DNA of 64,000 nucleotides from an uncultured Candidatus Saccharibacteria bacterium (GTDB lineage: Bacteria; Patescibacteriota; Minisyncoccia; UBA6257; 2-01-FULL-56-20), in assembly GCA_965231155.1 (NCBI GenBank), contig OZ246418.1, forward strand, positions 498,496 to 562,495, written 5' to 3'. Made by a program: the position numbers and the translations under genes. Below the pieces are notes generated by a model. The model saw only the letters and a list, made by a program, of their open reading frames with translations, ran no database searches and was not told the origin of the DNA. Shown one piece after another: positions 19,323 through 29,011 of the stretch; positions within the stretch are counted from its first letter, which is position 1, and the number at the start of each line of letters is the position of its first letter.

Positions 19323-20183
19323 GTGGAATCATTACACGAAAAGAAACTGAAGTTCCTGGAAGAGATGGCCAGCGTTTTACGTCAGGACGTGATTAAGATG
19401 CTCACGATTGCGGGTTCGGGACACTCGGCCGGCCCGTTGGGCATGGCAGACATTTTCACTGTTCTTTATTTTCATATTTTGAATCACAACCCCAAGAAGC
19501 CAGACTGGCCGGATCGTGATCGTGTGGTTCTTTCGAATGGTCATATCTGCCCAATTTTATATGCGGCACTTGCTCGATCTGGGTATTTTAAAGAAAGCGA
19601 ACTGAAGACTTTGCGTCAGCTCAATTCACGACTTCAGGGACATCCTCATCGAGGAGCGTTGCCTGGTATTGAATCTACCTCTGGTCCATTAGGCTCTGGA
19701 CTCTCTCAAGCTATTGGCATGGCCTTAGCCGCTCGTCTCGATCGAAAAAACTATCGTGTGTACTGTCTGATGTCAGATGGCGAACACCAGGAAGGAAATC
19801 TTTGGGAGGCGGCCATGTTTGCGGGAAAGGAGAGGTTGCGGAACCTGACGGCGATTATCGATCGGAATAATATCCAGATCGATGGCCACACTGAGGATGT
19901 GATGCCCTTGGAACCATTCCGTAAAAAATATGAGGCGTTCAACTGGCATGTCTTAGAGGTTGACGGTCATAGTTTCGAGCAGATTACAGCAGCTATAGCA
20001 GAGGCTAAGGCCATTTATGAGAAGCCAACGATAATTATCGCTCACACTATTCCTGGTCGAGGGGTGAGTTTCATGGAGAATAACTATCTCTGGCATGGTA
20101 TGCCACCAGGATTGAATGATGTGCCTGGCGCGCCTCCAAAGGCTGAGCAGGAAAAAGTTGCTCTTAAAGAACTTCAAAAATAA
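19323..20183 (+). CDS. transketolase, N-terminal subunit (TPP-binding domain of split transketolase)
   Basis: GTG start. GSGHSAGPLGMADIFTVLYF, the GHPH... region and GDGEHQEGNLWEA are TPP-binding motifs of the transketolase N-terminal section. Confidence 0.85.
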   Translation: MESLHEKKLKFLEEMASVLRQDVIKMLTIAGSGHSAGPLGMADIFTVLYFHILNHNPKKPDWPDRDRVVLSNGHICPILYAALARSGYFKESELKTLRQLNSRLQGHPHRGALPGIESTSGPLGSGLSQAIGMALAARLDRKNYRVYCLMSDGEHQEGNLWEAAMFAGKERLRNLTAIIDRNNIQIDGHTEDVMPLEPFRKKYEAFNWHVLEVDGHSFEQITAAIAEAKAIYEKPTIIIAHTIPGRGVSFMENNYLWHGMPPGLNDVPGAPPKAEQEKVALKELQK

Positions 20184-20201
20184 CGCGAGTTATAAACTAT
20201 T

Positions 20202-20735
20202 ATGAAAATCATTAACATTGTGGTGGGTATCGGTACGACCTTAATTTTGGGATCCTTGATTGTGTTGGGTATTCGGGCATTTCATCCCGGACCGCCACCA
20301 CTTGATTACTCGACATTTGCAAAGATCGTGCCACCAGTAGAGACGAGTTGTACGAAAGGAGACATCGATTGTGTGACGGCTCGAGACAAGTATTTTAAAG
20401 AACAGCAGGTTGAACAGGATCGAATAAATGCTGAACAAAAGAAGTGGGAGGAGGCGATGAAGCAGTATAATCGTGATGTATTCTTAATCGCGAATATTAT
20501 TGGCATCCTGGTGTTCGTTGGTGGATTTCTCATTATTTTCAAAACCGATGTCGCTAGTCACGGCGTGCCAGTTGGGGTTATGCTCGCTGGTCTCTGGGGG
20601 ATTATTTATGGGTACGCTCGTGGTTGGGGAAGCGCTGATGATCAGCTCAAATTTTTTGTTGGATTAGCGGTAGCGGTCTTAGTTATTGGTGGCAGTATGT
20701 GGCTCATGAATCGTTATCGGCAGTCTCATTCATAG
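20202..20735 (+). CDS. hypothetical integral membrane protein
   Basis: 177 aa with N-terminal, central and C-terminal TM helices. It is inserted between the two transketolase subunit genes. Confidence 0.45.
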   Translation: MKIINIVVGIGTTLILGSLIVLGIRAFHPGPPPLDYSTFAKIVPPVETSCTKGDIDCVTARDKYFKEQQVEQDRINAEQKKWEEAMKQYNRDVFLIANIIGILVFVGGFLIIFKTDVASHGVPVGVMLAGLWGIIYGYARGWGSADDQLKFFVGLAVAVLVIGGSMWLMNRYRQSHS

Positions 20736-20740
20736 AGATC

Positions 20741-20965
20741 ATGGTTTTTCTGGGCATAGCGATTGGTTTTTCGATTGCTTGGCTATTATATTCCTTTTCC
20801 CAGTTTTTCCTTTTTCTTATTGCTCTTGTGGTTGCGTGTTTGGCTACATTTATGCTGTGGCGGATTAAGAGGCAGGAATTAATGAAGGGAATTTTTCTTG
20901 GTTTTCTGTGTTATTCCATATTTCTGGGAGCGACATATTTATATTTTTTTGTTATCCTAAGTTAA
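20741..20965 (+). CDS. hypothetical small membrane protein
   Basis: ORF track gives 20699. Likely start is the ATG at 20741 (MVFLGIAIGF...) just after the upstream stop. Two predicted TM helices. Confidence 0.35.
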   Translation: MVFLGIAIGFSIAWLLYSFSQFFLFLIALVVACLATFMLWRIKRQELMKGIFLGFLCYSIFLGATYLYFFVILS

Positions 20966-21976
20966 ATGCTAAACTCTGACGCCAAACTTAACCCAAAGAT
21001 TTTCGACAAGGATGTCGATCAGAAACCAACCAGGAATGGATATGGTGATGGTTTAGTGGAGGCAGGGGAACGAGATTCGAATGTGGTAGCCCTTTCTGCC
21101 GATTTAACAGAATCGACGCGTGCTGAAGGGTTTGCTAAGAAGTTTCCAGATCGATTTTTCGAAGTTGGAGTGGCTGAACAGAATTTAGCAACCATCGCAG
21201 CTGGGCTTGGTGTCTCTGGGAAGATTCCTTTCATTTCTTCTTACGCTGCGTTTTCTCCTGGTCGTAACTGGGAGCAGATTCGAACGACTATTTCGTATAA
21301 CAATTCGAATGCAAAAGTAGCTGGTCATCATGCCGGAATTTCTGTTGGTCCTGACGGTGTGACTCATCAGGCGATAGAGGATATTGCGACAATGCGGGTG
21401 ATGGCCAATATGCGTGTGATCGTGCCATGCGATGCCATTGAAGCGAAAAAAGCGACACTGGCAGCAGCTCATGTTTGGGGCCCTTTCTACCTCCGTTTTT
21501 CTCGAGAGAAGACGCCGATAATGACCACTGAAGAAACTCCTTTTCATGTGGGGAAGGCAGAAATTTTTTGGATGACAAAAGGTGGCCGTTCCCGATTAGC
21601 GCAGGACAAGGTGGCCATTTTGGGATGTGGACCGTTGGTCTATGAGGCGTTACTTGCCGCACGAGCGCTCGAGGAGGAGGGGGTGAACGTGGTGGTCTTA
21701 AATGTCCATACCGTGAAACCTTTAGACGAAGAAAAAATTGTGGAGATTGCCAAAAAATATGGGGCGATTGTGACCGTTGAGGAACATCAGGTATCGGGTG
21801 GGTTTGGTGGGGCAGTGGCAGAGCTTTTAGCCAAGAAGTATCCGGTACCAATCGAGTTTATCGGTATGCAGGGGATTTTTGCGGAGTCTGGACCGGCCAG
21901 CGCACTTTTCCAGAAATATGGAATGATGGCTAAGGATATCAAAGCGGCAGCAAAGAGAGTTATGCGAAGAAAATAA
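20966..21976 (+). CDS. transketolase, C-terminal subunit (pyrimidine-binding plus C-terminal domain)
   Basis: 336 aa. FEVGVAEQNLATIAAGLG and GISVGPDGVTHQAIEDIA are typical of the transketolase Pyr and C-terminal section. Confidence 0.85.
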   Translation: MLNSDAKLNPKIFDKDVDQKPTRNGYGDGLVEAGERDSNVVALSADLTESTRAEGFAKKFPDRFFEVGVAEQNLATIAAGLGVSGKIPFISSYAAFSPGRNWEQIRTTISYNNSNAKVAGHHAGISVGPDGVTHQAIEDIATMRVMANMRVIVPCDAIEAKKATLAAAHVWGPFYLRFSREKTPIMTTEETPFHVGKAEIFWMTKGGRSRLAQDKVAILGCGPLVYEALLAARALEEEGVNVVVLNVHTVKPLDEEKIVEIAKKYGAIVTVEEHQVSGGFGGAVAELLAKKYPVPIEFIGMQGIFAESGPASALFQKYGMMAKDIKAAAKRVMRRK

Positions 21977-23010
21977 TGCTTGATGTACTCACTATTGGTT
22001 CGGCGACTCGGGACGTTTTTATGCAGAGCGTGGCCTTCCGGGCGGTTCGAGCGAGGAAGTTGGAGCATATGGGTTTCCCCGCAGGCGAAGCCGAGTGTTT
22101 TCCATTGGGTGGAAAAATTGAAGTTGAGGCGCCGGTTTTTACAGTTGGTGGGGGAGCGGCGAACGCGGCAGTGACGTTTGCTCGCCAGGGATTAAAAACC
22201 GCCTCTCTTTTCAAGATAGGCGAAGATGATTCTGGTCGTTCAGTTCTATCTGATTTAAAAAACGAAAAAGTAACCACACTCCCGCTTTTTGATAAGAAAG
22301 CGATGACTTCGTACTCAGTTATTCTTTTGGCGCCGAGTGGTGAGCGGACAATCTTAAATCATCGTGGTGCTTCTGAAGGTATGCGTGTCAATGAATTCCC
22401 AGTTTCTAAAATGAAAGCCAAAATTGGTTATATCGTTCCCGGGAGGATTCCTTTTCCAGTTTTGATGACGGCGGTGAGGATTATGAAGAAAAATGGGGCG
22501 TTTCTCGTGATGGATCCTTCGAGCCATTATTTGGAGATGGGAGCGAAGAAGTTGAAGCCGCTTTTAGATGCGATTGATGTGATTAAGATGAATCGTGAGG
22601 AGGCTTCCTCTTTAACCGGGATTCACTATGAGGATGAGGTGGGGATTTTTAAGAAATTAGATGAACTGGTACATGGGATTGCGGTAATGACTGATGGACC
22701 GAAGGGGGTCCTACTTTCTGATGGAAAGAATATCTATCGAGCGGGAACTTACAAAGAAAAAGCAGTTATCGATCGAACGGGAGCAGGTGATGCGTTTGGA
22801 AGTGGTTTGACTGCTGGCCTTCTGGAGGCCCGAGGATTTTCCAGTCGCCAGTTTACGTCAGCAGATTTCGAATATGCCATCAAACTTGGTTCGGCCAATG
22901 GGACAGCGGTGGTGGAGCATATCGGTGCCCAGCCAGGGATTTTGACCGATCGGCAGTTCAAGAAAGAAGTACGCTGGAAGAACCTATCAATAGAGGCAAA
23001 GTCCTTGTAG
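21976..23010 (+). CDS. PfkB-family carbohydrate/nucleoside kinase (ribokinase-like)
   Basis: GGGAANAAVTFARQG (PfkB motif 1) and DRTGAGDAFGSG (PfkB motif 2). Start overlaps the tkt-C stop (ATGA-type coupling). Confidence 0.75.
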   Translation: MLDVLTIGSATRDVFMQSVAFRAVRARKLEHMGFPAGEAECFPLGGKIEVEAPVFTVGGGAANAAVTFARQGLKTASLFKIGEDDSGRSVLSDLKNEKVTTLPLFDKKAMTSYSVILLAPSGERTILNHRGASEGMRVNEFPVSKMKAKIGYIVPGRIPFPVLMTAVRIMKKNGAFLVMDPSSHYLEMGAKKLKPLLDAIDVIKMNREEASSLTGIHYEDEVGIFKKLDELVHGIAVMTDGPKGVLLSDGKNIYRAGTYKEKAVIDRTGAGDAFGSGLTAGLLEARGFSSRQFTSADFEYAIKLGSANGTAVVEHIGAQPGILTDRQFKKEVRWKNLSIEAKSL

Positions 23011-23047
23011 TTTGGCCTTCTTCGAAGAGTTCGGATAGAATATAGTA

Positions 23048-24301
23048 ATGACTTCATTAGAAACTATTGCGCGGATTTTGCGAGCCGATAAAAAATATTT
23101 AGAAGGGGTGAATAATCGCCTTATTGATCTGACTGGCAAGAAGGGGGTACTCGATCAGCTGGTTGAGGAAAACGAAATGCTTATGGGGCGAGCGCTTTCC
23201 ACGTTAGGTATCTCTCGTCAGGTGAATTCGAAGGGGGCTTATAGTGCATTAATCACGAAAATTGGTGCTGACGATCAACATATATTTAAAGCACTCGGTG
23301 AGCCTGATTCTCGTTCGACCGAGGAGTGTCAGCGTGTGGCGACGTTGGTAAAAAATGCCGTGAATCCTCCTAAGGGATTATTCTTGAGACTTGATAAGGC
23401 GCGGGAGTTTCTTATGAAGGAACCTCCTCGACAAGTCATGGGTTTTCTAGGATATCAGACGGTGGAGGAGCTGTTGGCCAAAGAAGATCTCTTCGAAGTG
23501 TATAGTTCGTTGCGATTCATTGAAGGTAATGAGTGGTTGAATACAGTTTTCTTTAAGCAGTACGAACATCTATCGCCGAGCGATTTCGAGGAACGGGAGG
23601 TTGAGGTGCGTGCTTTGGGACACAAATGGACAGAGATGTCTCAGAAGTTTGTGGCCAAAAAACGTCACAATATCAGTCATCTGAAGGAGCTAGGAGTGGT
23701 TTTTATTATTCCCACCACACTTGGCATTCCTGGTGAGATCTTGCGAATGATTACTTTGATTGGACACTATCTCTACGAAGTTCCATTTTATGCGGATATG
23801 TTCCGACGCATTATCGCTCAACCAGAGACATTTTCTAGTAACTTCACTTCATTGTTACGTGGTGATTTACCGGAAAGTCGTCATTTAATTGAGGATCCAT
23901 CAACCTGGTTGGTTGTCCAGCGATATCTGGCAAAAGATGACGAGAATGACTGGCGACTGTCGGCTGCACATATCGACCCCGAGGCATTGCATTGGGCAAA
24001 AGCGATTGCCGTTTTGCCAAAAGCCACGGCAATGATGGGTGGTTCGGCTGAGGATATTTCTTTCTGGATTAATCTTGGGTGGGTAGGGGATTATTTCCAG
24101 GATGAGAGTGGTATCGATGTGCTCGTGAGTTTTGATCTTGTTGATACGGTTATGTCTTTAGTTCAGCAAAAAGAGATGGTCAAATACCTCTACCATCATC
24201 AGGAGGCATTATGGAATAAGATTTTTATTTCCTATTTTGGAGAGGAGGAGATTGAGAAAAGAGCCAGAGAGTCGTTACTTCAGGGATATTTTCGTTTGTA
24301 G
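23048..24301 (+). CDS. hypothetical cytoplasmic protein (417 aa)
   Basis: Long ORF without TM segments or recognisable motifs. Confidence 0.45.
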   Translation: MTSLETIARILRADKKYLEGVNNRLIDLTGKKGVLDQLVEENEMLMGRALSTLGISRQVNSKGAYSALITKIGADDQHIFKALGEPDSRSTEECQRVATLVKNAVNPPKGLFLRLDKAREFLMKEPPRQVMGFLGYQTVEELLAKEDLFEVYSSLRFIEGNEWLNTVFFKQYEHLSPSDFEEREVEVRALGHKWTEMSQKFVAKKRHNISHLKELGVVFIIPTTLGIPGEILRMITLIGHYLYEVPFYADMFRRIIAQPETFSSNFTSLLRGDLPESRHLIEDPSTWLVVQRYLAKDDENDWRLSAAHIDPEALHWAKAIAVLPKATAMMGGSAEDISFWINLGWVGDYFQDESGIDVLVSFDLVDTVMSLVQQKEMVKYLYHHQEALWNKIFISYFGEEEIEKRARESLLQGYFRL

Positions 24302-24306
24302 TTTCT

Positions 24307-24525
24307 CTAGCGAGAAAGGGAACTAGTATTTGAGGAGGACGAATTAATAGCTTCACTCCAGGCGGTACTTAATGGAGCAGTATCTACTATTTCTTGAGAT
24401 ATTCTTTGAGTTTCTGGTGCTTCGATCTGAGTAATCTCCAGTTTAGTATTCCAGAGGATGAGTCCAATTAAGAAAATACTCCCCAGGAGGATTAAAATAA
24501 TTGATTTGAATTGCTTGGCGTTCAT
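24307..24525 (-). CDS. hypothetical small membrane-anchored protein
   Basis: ORF track gives 24307..24636. A start at the minus-strand ATG 24525..24523 (MNAKQFKSIILILLG...) gives 72 aa with one TM helix. Convergent with the upstream gene. Confidence 0.3.
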   Translation of the reverse strand: MNAKQFKSIILILLGSIFLIGLILWNTKLEITQIEAPETQRISQEIVDTAPLSTAWSEAINSSSSNTSSLSR

Positions 24526-24677
24526 AAAGGTAAGTATATACCAAGACGAGGGCTGTTGTTTGTAGAGGTTTCCTCCTGTGCATATCCCACCATCCTTTAA
24601 GAGGGGGGGGTAGTATAATGAATAGTAATATAACAAAGTCGTCTGTTATCTCATTATTAATTTATTAAAAGAGATTC

Positions 24678-25910
24678 GTGGAACATCATAAGTTGTATGC
24701 CAGTTTGGCCTTAGGTATGGTGGCAATAGTTGTCGGGTTTGCAGGGTTTAGCGGTCAGATAGGTGAGCGCTTAGCAAGTCTCGATGGCAAGGTGGCTGAT
24801 TTATCAGCCCAGATTCAGACTAGCCTCGATAACCAGGTGAATATTGCTGAGACCCAGACGGCGTTATATGCAGTGCCAGTGAATCCACCACCTGGCCATA
24901 CCACTTCCTCAACTTTTTGTTTCAGTGCGAATGGTGTTGAAATCAAGATCAATGTTCCGTCGGTAGGAGGGATTTCTTTCCAACAGGAGTGTCAAAATAG
25001 GGGAGGAACAGTAATGTCTAGCCAACTTAAGCTTTTTTACCCTTCTCCTCAATACAATATCGGTGGAGTACGAACAGAGCTTACCTGGATTGGGACTAGT
25101 TCGATCCAGTGGCAGCAATCTGACAATATTAAAAGTGTGTCCATTGCACTTTATAAAAACGATGCTCTGATTGGGACGGTTGCTCGAAGCTTATCAGCAT
25201 CTTCCGCTTTCGTGTACGTTCCAGGTGTTTCAAGTACTAGCTCGTTGCCCTTTGTTAAGTATCCTTACTATACAGATCCACCTTCCTACTCTTATCAGTG
25301 GAGTCCTTCTAAGGTTTTTTCTCGTAGCTTGGTTGGGCAGGATCGTTTTAAGATTGGTATCACTGGCTATTCTTCATCAAATACTCCTTTAATTACCACG
25401 AAAAGTGAATTCCCTTTTTCGATCATCGATCCATCCTTGATGGTGAGTCCTTTAATTTCGAATAAGACTTATTCTCGAGGAGAAAAAAATGTTTTAGTGG
25501 GTTCTTATAGGATCTCTCCCCAGCAACATGATGCTTGGCTAACTGGTGTAACTCTTACTACTAATGGAGCTGGTAGTCGTTTCTCTAATCTCAGAGTTCT
25601 AGTGAGGGGACGATCATTTGGTACTTCCACATATTCGAATATTCGGAATGGAGAGACGTATGCATTTATCGCACCTAGTGTAAGTCAGGATTACTTTAGT
25701 CAGTACTTACCTTTGAGCAGCAGCTCCGTCTCTTTTGATATTTATGCGGATGTGAATGCAAGCTCAACTCCTGGTTCTTTTGGGCCTGTTTTCATGTTGC
25801 GTGGATGTCAGGCTGTTGTTCCTATGACTGAGAATCGTCCTATCGTGTCTTGTTCTCCAGTTTCAGGATATGGTTTCCCAATGAGAAGCTTTGATTTAAC
25901 CATTCGATAG
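24678..25910 (+). CDS. hypothetical secreted/membrane-anchored protein (410 aa), S/T-rich
   Basis: N-terminal TM/signal anchor (LYASLALGMVAIVVGFAGF), then beta-rich S/T-rich sequence. No family recognised. Confidence 0.45.
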   Translation: MEHHKLYASLALGMVAIVVGFAGFSGQIGERLASLDGKVADLSAQIQTSLDNQVNIAETQTALYAVPVNPPPGHTTSSTFCFSANGVEIKINVPSVGGISFQQECQNRGGTVMSSQLKLFYPSPQYNIGGVRTELTWIGTSSIQWQQSDNIKSVSIALYKNDALIGTVARSLSASSAFVYVPGVSSTSSLPFVKYPYYTDPPSYSYQWSPSKVFSRSLVGQDRFKIGITGYSSSNTPLITTKSEFPFSIIDPSLMVSPLISNKTYSRGEKNVLVGSYRISPQQHDAWLTGVTLTTNGAGSRFSNLRVLVRGRSFGTSTYSNIRNGETYAFIAPSVSQDYFSQYLPLSSSSVSFDIYADVNASSTPGSFGPVFMLRGCQAVVPMTENRPIVSCSPVSGYGFPMRSFDLTIR

Positions 25911-25944
25911 TTATCGTCCTTCCGGTTCCTCAAGAGTAGAAATA

Positions 25945-25978
25945 AACCCCGACAATATTGTCGGGGTTTATGTTTTTT
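25945..25978 (+). terminator. rho-independent terminator
   Basis: Perfect hairpin aaccccgacaa-tat-tgtcggggtt followed by tatgtttttt. Confidence 0.75.
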
Positions 25979-26004
25979 AGGGGGGTTCTTTTTCCGTTTC
26001 TCTC

Positions 26005-26034
26005 TTGACAGCTTTTCTTGTATTGGTGTAAGAT
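26005..26034 (+). promoter_or_regulatory. sigma70-like promoter for tuf (TTGACA-N18-TAAGAT)
   Basis: TTGACA at 26005-26010, 18-nt spacer, TAAGAT at 26029-26034, about 80 nt upstream of the tuf ATG. Confidence 0.5.
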
Positions 26035-26116
26035 TGGAGACGTCGAAAATAAATAAATAAGTGGGAAAAGGGCGGTTTTTTTATTGCCTTATTTTTCTCC
26101 CTGCAGTAACAAAAAC

Positions 26117-27316
26117 ATGGCAGAGAAAGAAAAGTTCAGTCGTTCCAAGCCCCACGTGAATGTCGGTACCATTGGTCACGTTGACCACGGAAAGACGACA
26201 TTGACGGCGGCTATCACCCACGTCCTCCACTTGAAGGGATGGGCGAAAAAGGCGGAGTCGGTCGACCAAATTGATAATGCGCCAGAAGAGAAGGCCCGTG
26301 GTATTACCATTGCCCTTCACCACTCTGAGTACGAGAGTGAGAAGCGTCATTATGCACACATCGACGCTCCAGGACACGCCGATTATATTAAAAACATGAT
26401 TACAGGAGCCGCCCAGATGGACGGTGCTATCCTCGTAGTCGCTGCGACTGACGGTCCAATGCCTCAGACTCGCGAGCACATTCTTTTGGCCTACCAGGTT
26501 GGTGTGCCAAAGATCGTGGTGTTCTTGAACAAGATTGACCAGGTGAGTGATCCAGAGTTGATCGACTTGGTAGAGTCTGAGATTCGTGAACTTTTGAAGA
26601 AATATAACTTTGATGGTGATGCCACTCCAATTATTCGTGGTTCAGGTCTTAAGGCCTTGAATGCGGCTTCAGCTGATGATGCCGATGCCAAGCCAATCTT
26701 GGATTTGATCAATGCGTTGGATACCTACATCCCAGATCCAGTTCGAGAGACCGATAAGCCATTCTTGATGCCAATCGAAGACGTCTTCTCTATTGAAGGA
26801 CGTGGCACTGTGGTTACCGGTCGTTGTGAGCGCGGTAAGGTGAAGGTGAACGAAGAAATCGAAATTGTTGGTTTGCGCGATACCCAGAAGACCGTGGTCA
26901 CTGGTATCGAAATGTTCAACAAGCTTCTTGATGAAGGTATGGCTGGCGATAACGTCGGTATTCTTCTCCGTGGCTTGAAGAAGGAAGATGTGGAGCGTGG
27001 TCAGGTCTTGGTCAAACCAGGAACTGTGAACCCACACACAGATTTCGAAGCTGAAATCTACGTCTTGAGCAAGGAGGAAGGAGGACGACACAAGCCATTC
27101 TTCAAAGGCTACAAGCCGCAGTTCTATATCCGAACCACTGACGTAACTGGTGAAATCACTTTGCCGGAAGGCATGGAGATGGTGATGCCTGGTGATACCG
27201 TAAAGATCACTGTGAAGCTCATCTCGCCAGTCGCTTTGGAGGAGAAACAGCGTTTTGCTATCCGCGAGGGTGGTAAGACTGTTGGTGCTGGTGTGGTTAC
27301 TAAGATCAACAAATAA
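26117..27316 (+). CDS. tuf: translation elongation factor Tu
   Basis: ORF track gives 26084. The ATG at 26117 gives [34 protein letters not shown]. Full EF-Tu with G1-G5 motifs ([17 protein letters not shown]). Confidence 0.95.
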   Translation: MAEKEKFSRSKPHVNVGTIGHVDHGKTTLTAAITHVLHLKGWAKKAESVDQIDNAPEEKARGITIALHHSEYESEKRHYAHIDAPGHADYIKNMITGAAQMDGAILVVAATDGPMPQTREHILLAYQVGVPKIVVFLNKIDQVSDPELIDLVESEIRELLKKYNFDGDATPIIRGSGLKALNAASADDADAKPILDLINALDTYIPDPVRETDKPFLMPIEDVFSIEGRGTVVTGRCERGKVKVNEEIEIVGLRDTQKTVVTGIEMFNKLLDEGMAGDNVGILLRGLKKEDVERGQVLVKPGTVNPHTDFEAEIYVLSKEEGGRHKPFFKGYKPQFYIRTTDVTGEITLPEGMEMVMPGDTVKITVKLISPVALEEKQRFAIREGGKTVGAGVVTKINK

Positions 27317-27321
27317 CATCT

Positions 27322-27648
27322 ATGAAAAAGGAGTCTGGCGCTTCCGCCAAATTGAGAATCAAGATTCGAGCCCACGATCACAAACTGATCGATAATTCGG
27401 CTCGTCAGATTATCGAGACCGCGGAGCGCCACGACGCCAAGGTGGTTGGTCCGGTACCGTTACCGACTGAGATTAAGCGATACACCGTGAACCGTTCGTC
27501 TTTCGTGGACAAGGATTCACGAGAGCAGTTTGAACTCCGAGTGCACAAGCGCTTGGTTGATATCTTGAACCCCAATGCAAAGATAATTGAATCTTTGTCT
27601 AGTCTCAATTTGCCTGCGGGCGTAGATATTGAGATTAAGATGGTCTAG
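27322..27648 (+). CDS. rpsJ: 30S ribosomal protein S10
   Basis: [24 protein letters not shown]...GPVPLPT...[16 protein letters not shown] matches S10. 5 nt downstream of tuf. Confidence 0.9.
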   Translation: MKKESGASAKLRIKIRAHDHKLIDNSARQIIETAERHDAKVVGPVPLPTEIKRYTVNRSSFVDKDSREQFELRVHKRLVDILNPNAKIIESLSSLNLPAGVDIEIKMV

Positions 27649-27660
27649 AACTCAAGACTC

Positions 27661-27689
27661 TAGACAAATTGAGGGTGATCTTCTACAAT
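27661..27689 (+). promoter_or_regulatory. candidate internal promoter (TAGACA-N17-TACAAT) ahead of rplC
   Basis: TAGACA at 27661-27666, 17-nt spacer, TACAAT at 27684-27689. It sits inside the unusual 160-nt rpsJ-rplC spacer, which also has complementary segments cacgttagc (27695-27703) and gctaacg (27770-27776) plus a ggaat-gaa-attcc hairpin. Confidence 0.35.
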
Positions 27690-27807
27690 GGGTGCACGTT
27701 AGCCAGGAATGAAATTCCCTAATTTTTAAGGAAAATTATTTCACTCGTTGGTGTGCAGAATCGCCCGGGCTAACGCCTGGGTAGTGTTTTTCTAAGACTT
27801 TTTATTT

Positions 27808-28356
27808 ATGGCCTTTTTACTTGCCAAAAAAGTTAGGATGAGTCAGATCTGGAAGGATGAAAAAATCATTCCAGTGACGATTATCGAAGCCTTACCAAAT
27901 AAGGTTTCTTTGCGTCGCACTACCAAACGTGATGGTTATGAGGCGGTTCAGGTGATGGCCGGAAAGTCCAAGAGGGAGTTCCGCGTACCAGCTGACAATC
28001 CGTTGAAAGAAAACGACATGATCGAGATCTCTGCGTTTGCAGAGAATGACGTGGTTCGAGTGAGTGGTGAAGTGAAGGGTCGTGGTTTCCAGGGTGTGAT
28101 GAAGCGCCATGGGTTCCATGGTGGTCCAGCAACTCATGGTCAGAAGAACCGTCAGCGCGCTCCTGGTTCGATTGGTAGCACTGCCCCGCAACGCGTGGTC
28201 CCTGGACGACGCATGGCTGGACATATGGGTACAAATCGAATCACCTTGAAGGGTTTGAAGGTGGTTGGTATTGATACTGAGAAACATCTTATCTTTTTGC
28301 GCGGAGCAGTTCCGGGTGCTCGTGGTGCGTTATTAGAAATTCAAAAAGTGAAATAA
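27808..28356 (+). CDS. rplC: 50S ribosomal protein L3
   Basis: Conserved L3 blocks: KVRMSQIW, GKSKREFRV, RGFQGVMKRHGF, GTNRITLKGLKVVGID. Confidence 0.9.
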   Translation: MAFLLAKKVRMSQIWKDEKIIPVTIIEALPNKVSLRRTTKRDGYEAVQVMAGKSKREFRVPADNPLKENDMIEISAFAENDVVRVSGEVKGRGFQGVMKRHGFHGGPATHGQKNRQRAPGSIGSTAPQRVVPGRRMAGHMGTNRITLKGLKVVGIDTEKHLIFLRGAVPGARGALLEIQKVK

Positions 28357-28360
28357 GACT

Positions 28361-29008
28361 ATGAAGCTCCACGTGTACAATCAGAAGAATGAACAGGTTA
28401 AAGAAATGGAAGTTCCCGCCAGCGTTTTTGGTGTGGCGTGGAATAACACGTTAGTTCAGCAGGTATTAACTGCTCAGTTGAATAATAGTCGTCGACCATG
28501 GGCTCACGCCAAAGATCGTAGTGAAGTGCGTGGTGGTGGTCGCAAACCATGGAAGCAGAAGGGGACTGGCCGAGCGCGTCATGGTTCGACTCGTTCACCA
28601 TTGTGGTCTGGTGGTGGTAAGGCGCATGGTCCAAGTAAAAATCGTGATTATAGTCAGAAGATCAATAAGAAGATGCGTCGTGTTGCGATTTTCTCGATTC
28701 TTTCTAAGAAGCTTAAGAATGATCAGATCAAGTTCTTTGATGAGTTTGATCCTAAAACTACAAAGACCAAGGAAGTTCAGGCCAACCTTCGTGCTTCTTT
28801 GAATATGACTCCTCGTAAGAAGAAGTTTGATGTGCTCTTGATTCCGGCTGCACCAGCAACACCATTGGCGAAGGCGGTTCGCAATTTGGACAAAGCAAAA
28901 GTGCTTCCCGCGACCAGTCTTAATGTCTACGACCTCTTGAACTATCAGAATATTTTCATCGAAGAAAAAGCTGTTGAAGTTATTGCCAGTCGCTATAAAA
29001 TTTCCTAG
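28361..29008 (+). CDS. rplD: 50S ribosomal protein L4
   Basis: GGGRKPWKQKGTGRARHGSTRSPLWSGGG is the L4 signature. Confidence 0.9.
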   Translation: MKLHVYNQKNEQVKEMEVPASVFGVAWNNTLVQQVLTAQLNNSRRPWAHAKDRSEVRGGGRKPWKQKGTGRARHGSTRSPLWSGGGKAHGPSKNRDYSQKINKKMRRVAIFSILSKKLKNDQIKFFDEFDPKTTKTKEVQANLRASLNMTPRKKKFDVLLIPAAPATPLAKAVRNLDKAKVLPATSLNVYDLLNYQNIFIEEKAVEVIASRYKIS

Positions 29009-29011
29009 ACC

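Noticed and set aside
21019-22277. Minus-strand ORFs 21019..21234, 21185..21547, 21288..21851, 21787..22068 and 21960..22277 overlapping tkt-C and the PfkB kinase
   Set aside because: Antisense to genes with strong family signatures. Their composition reflects the coding strand opposite.
26427-28287. Antisense and out-of-frame ORFs inside tuf and rplC (26427..26630-, 26491..26712-, 26669..27319-, 27892..28287-, 27920..28234-)
   Set aside because: Shadow ORFs overlapping universally conserved, highly expressed genes. No independent support.
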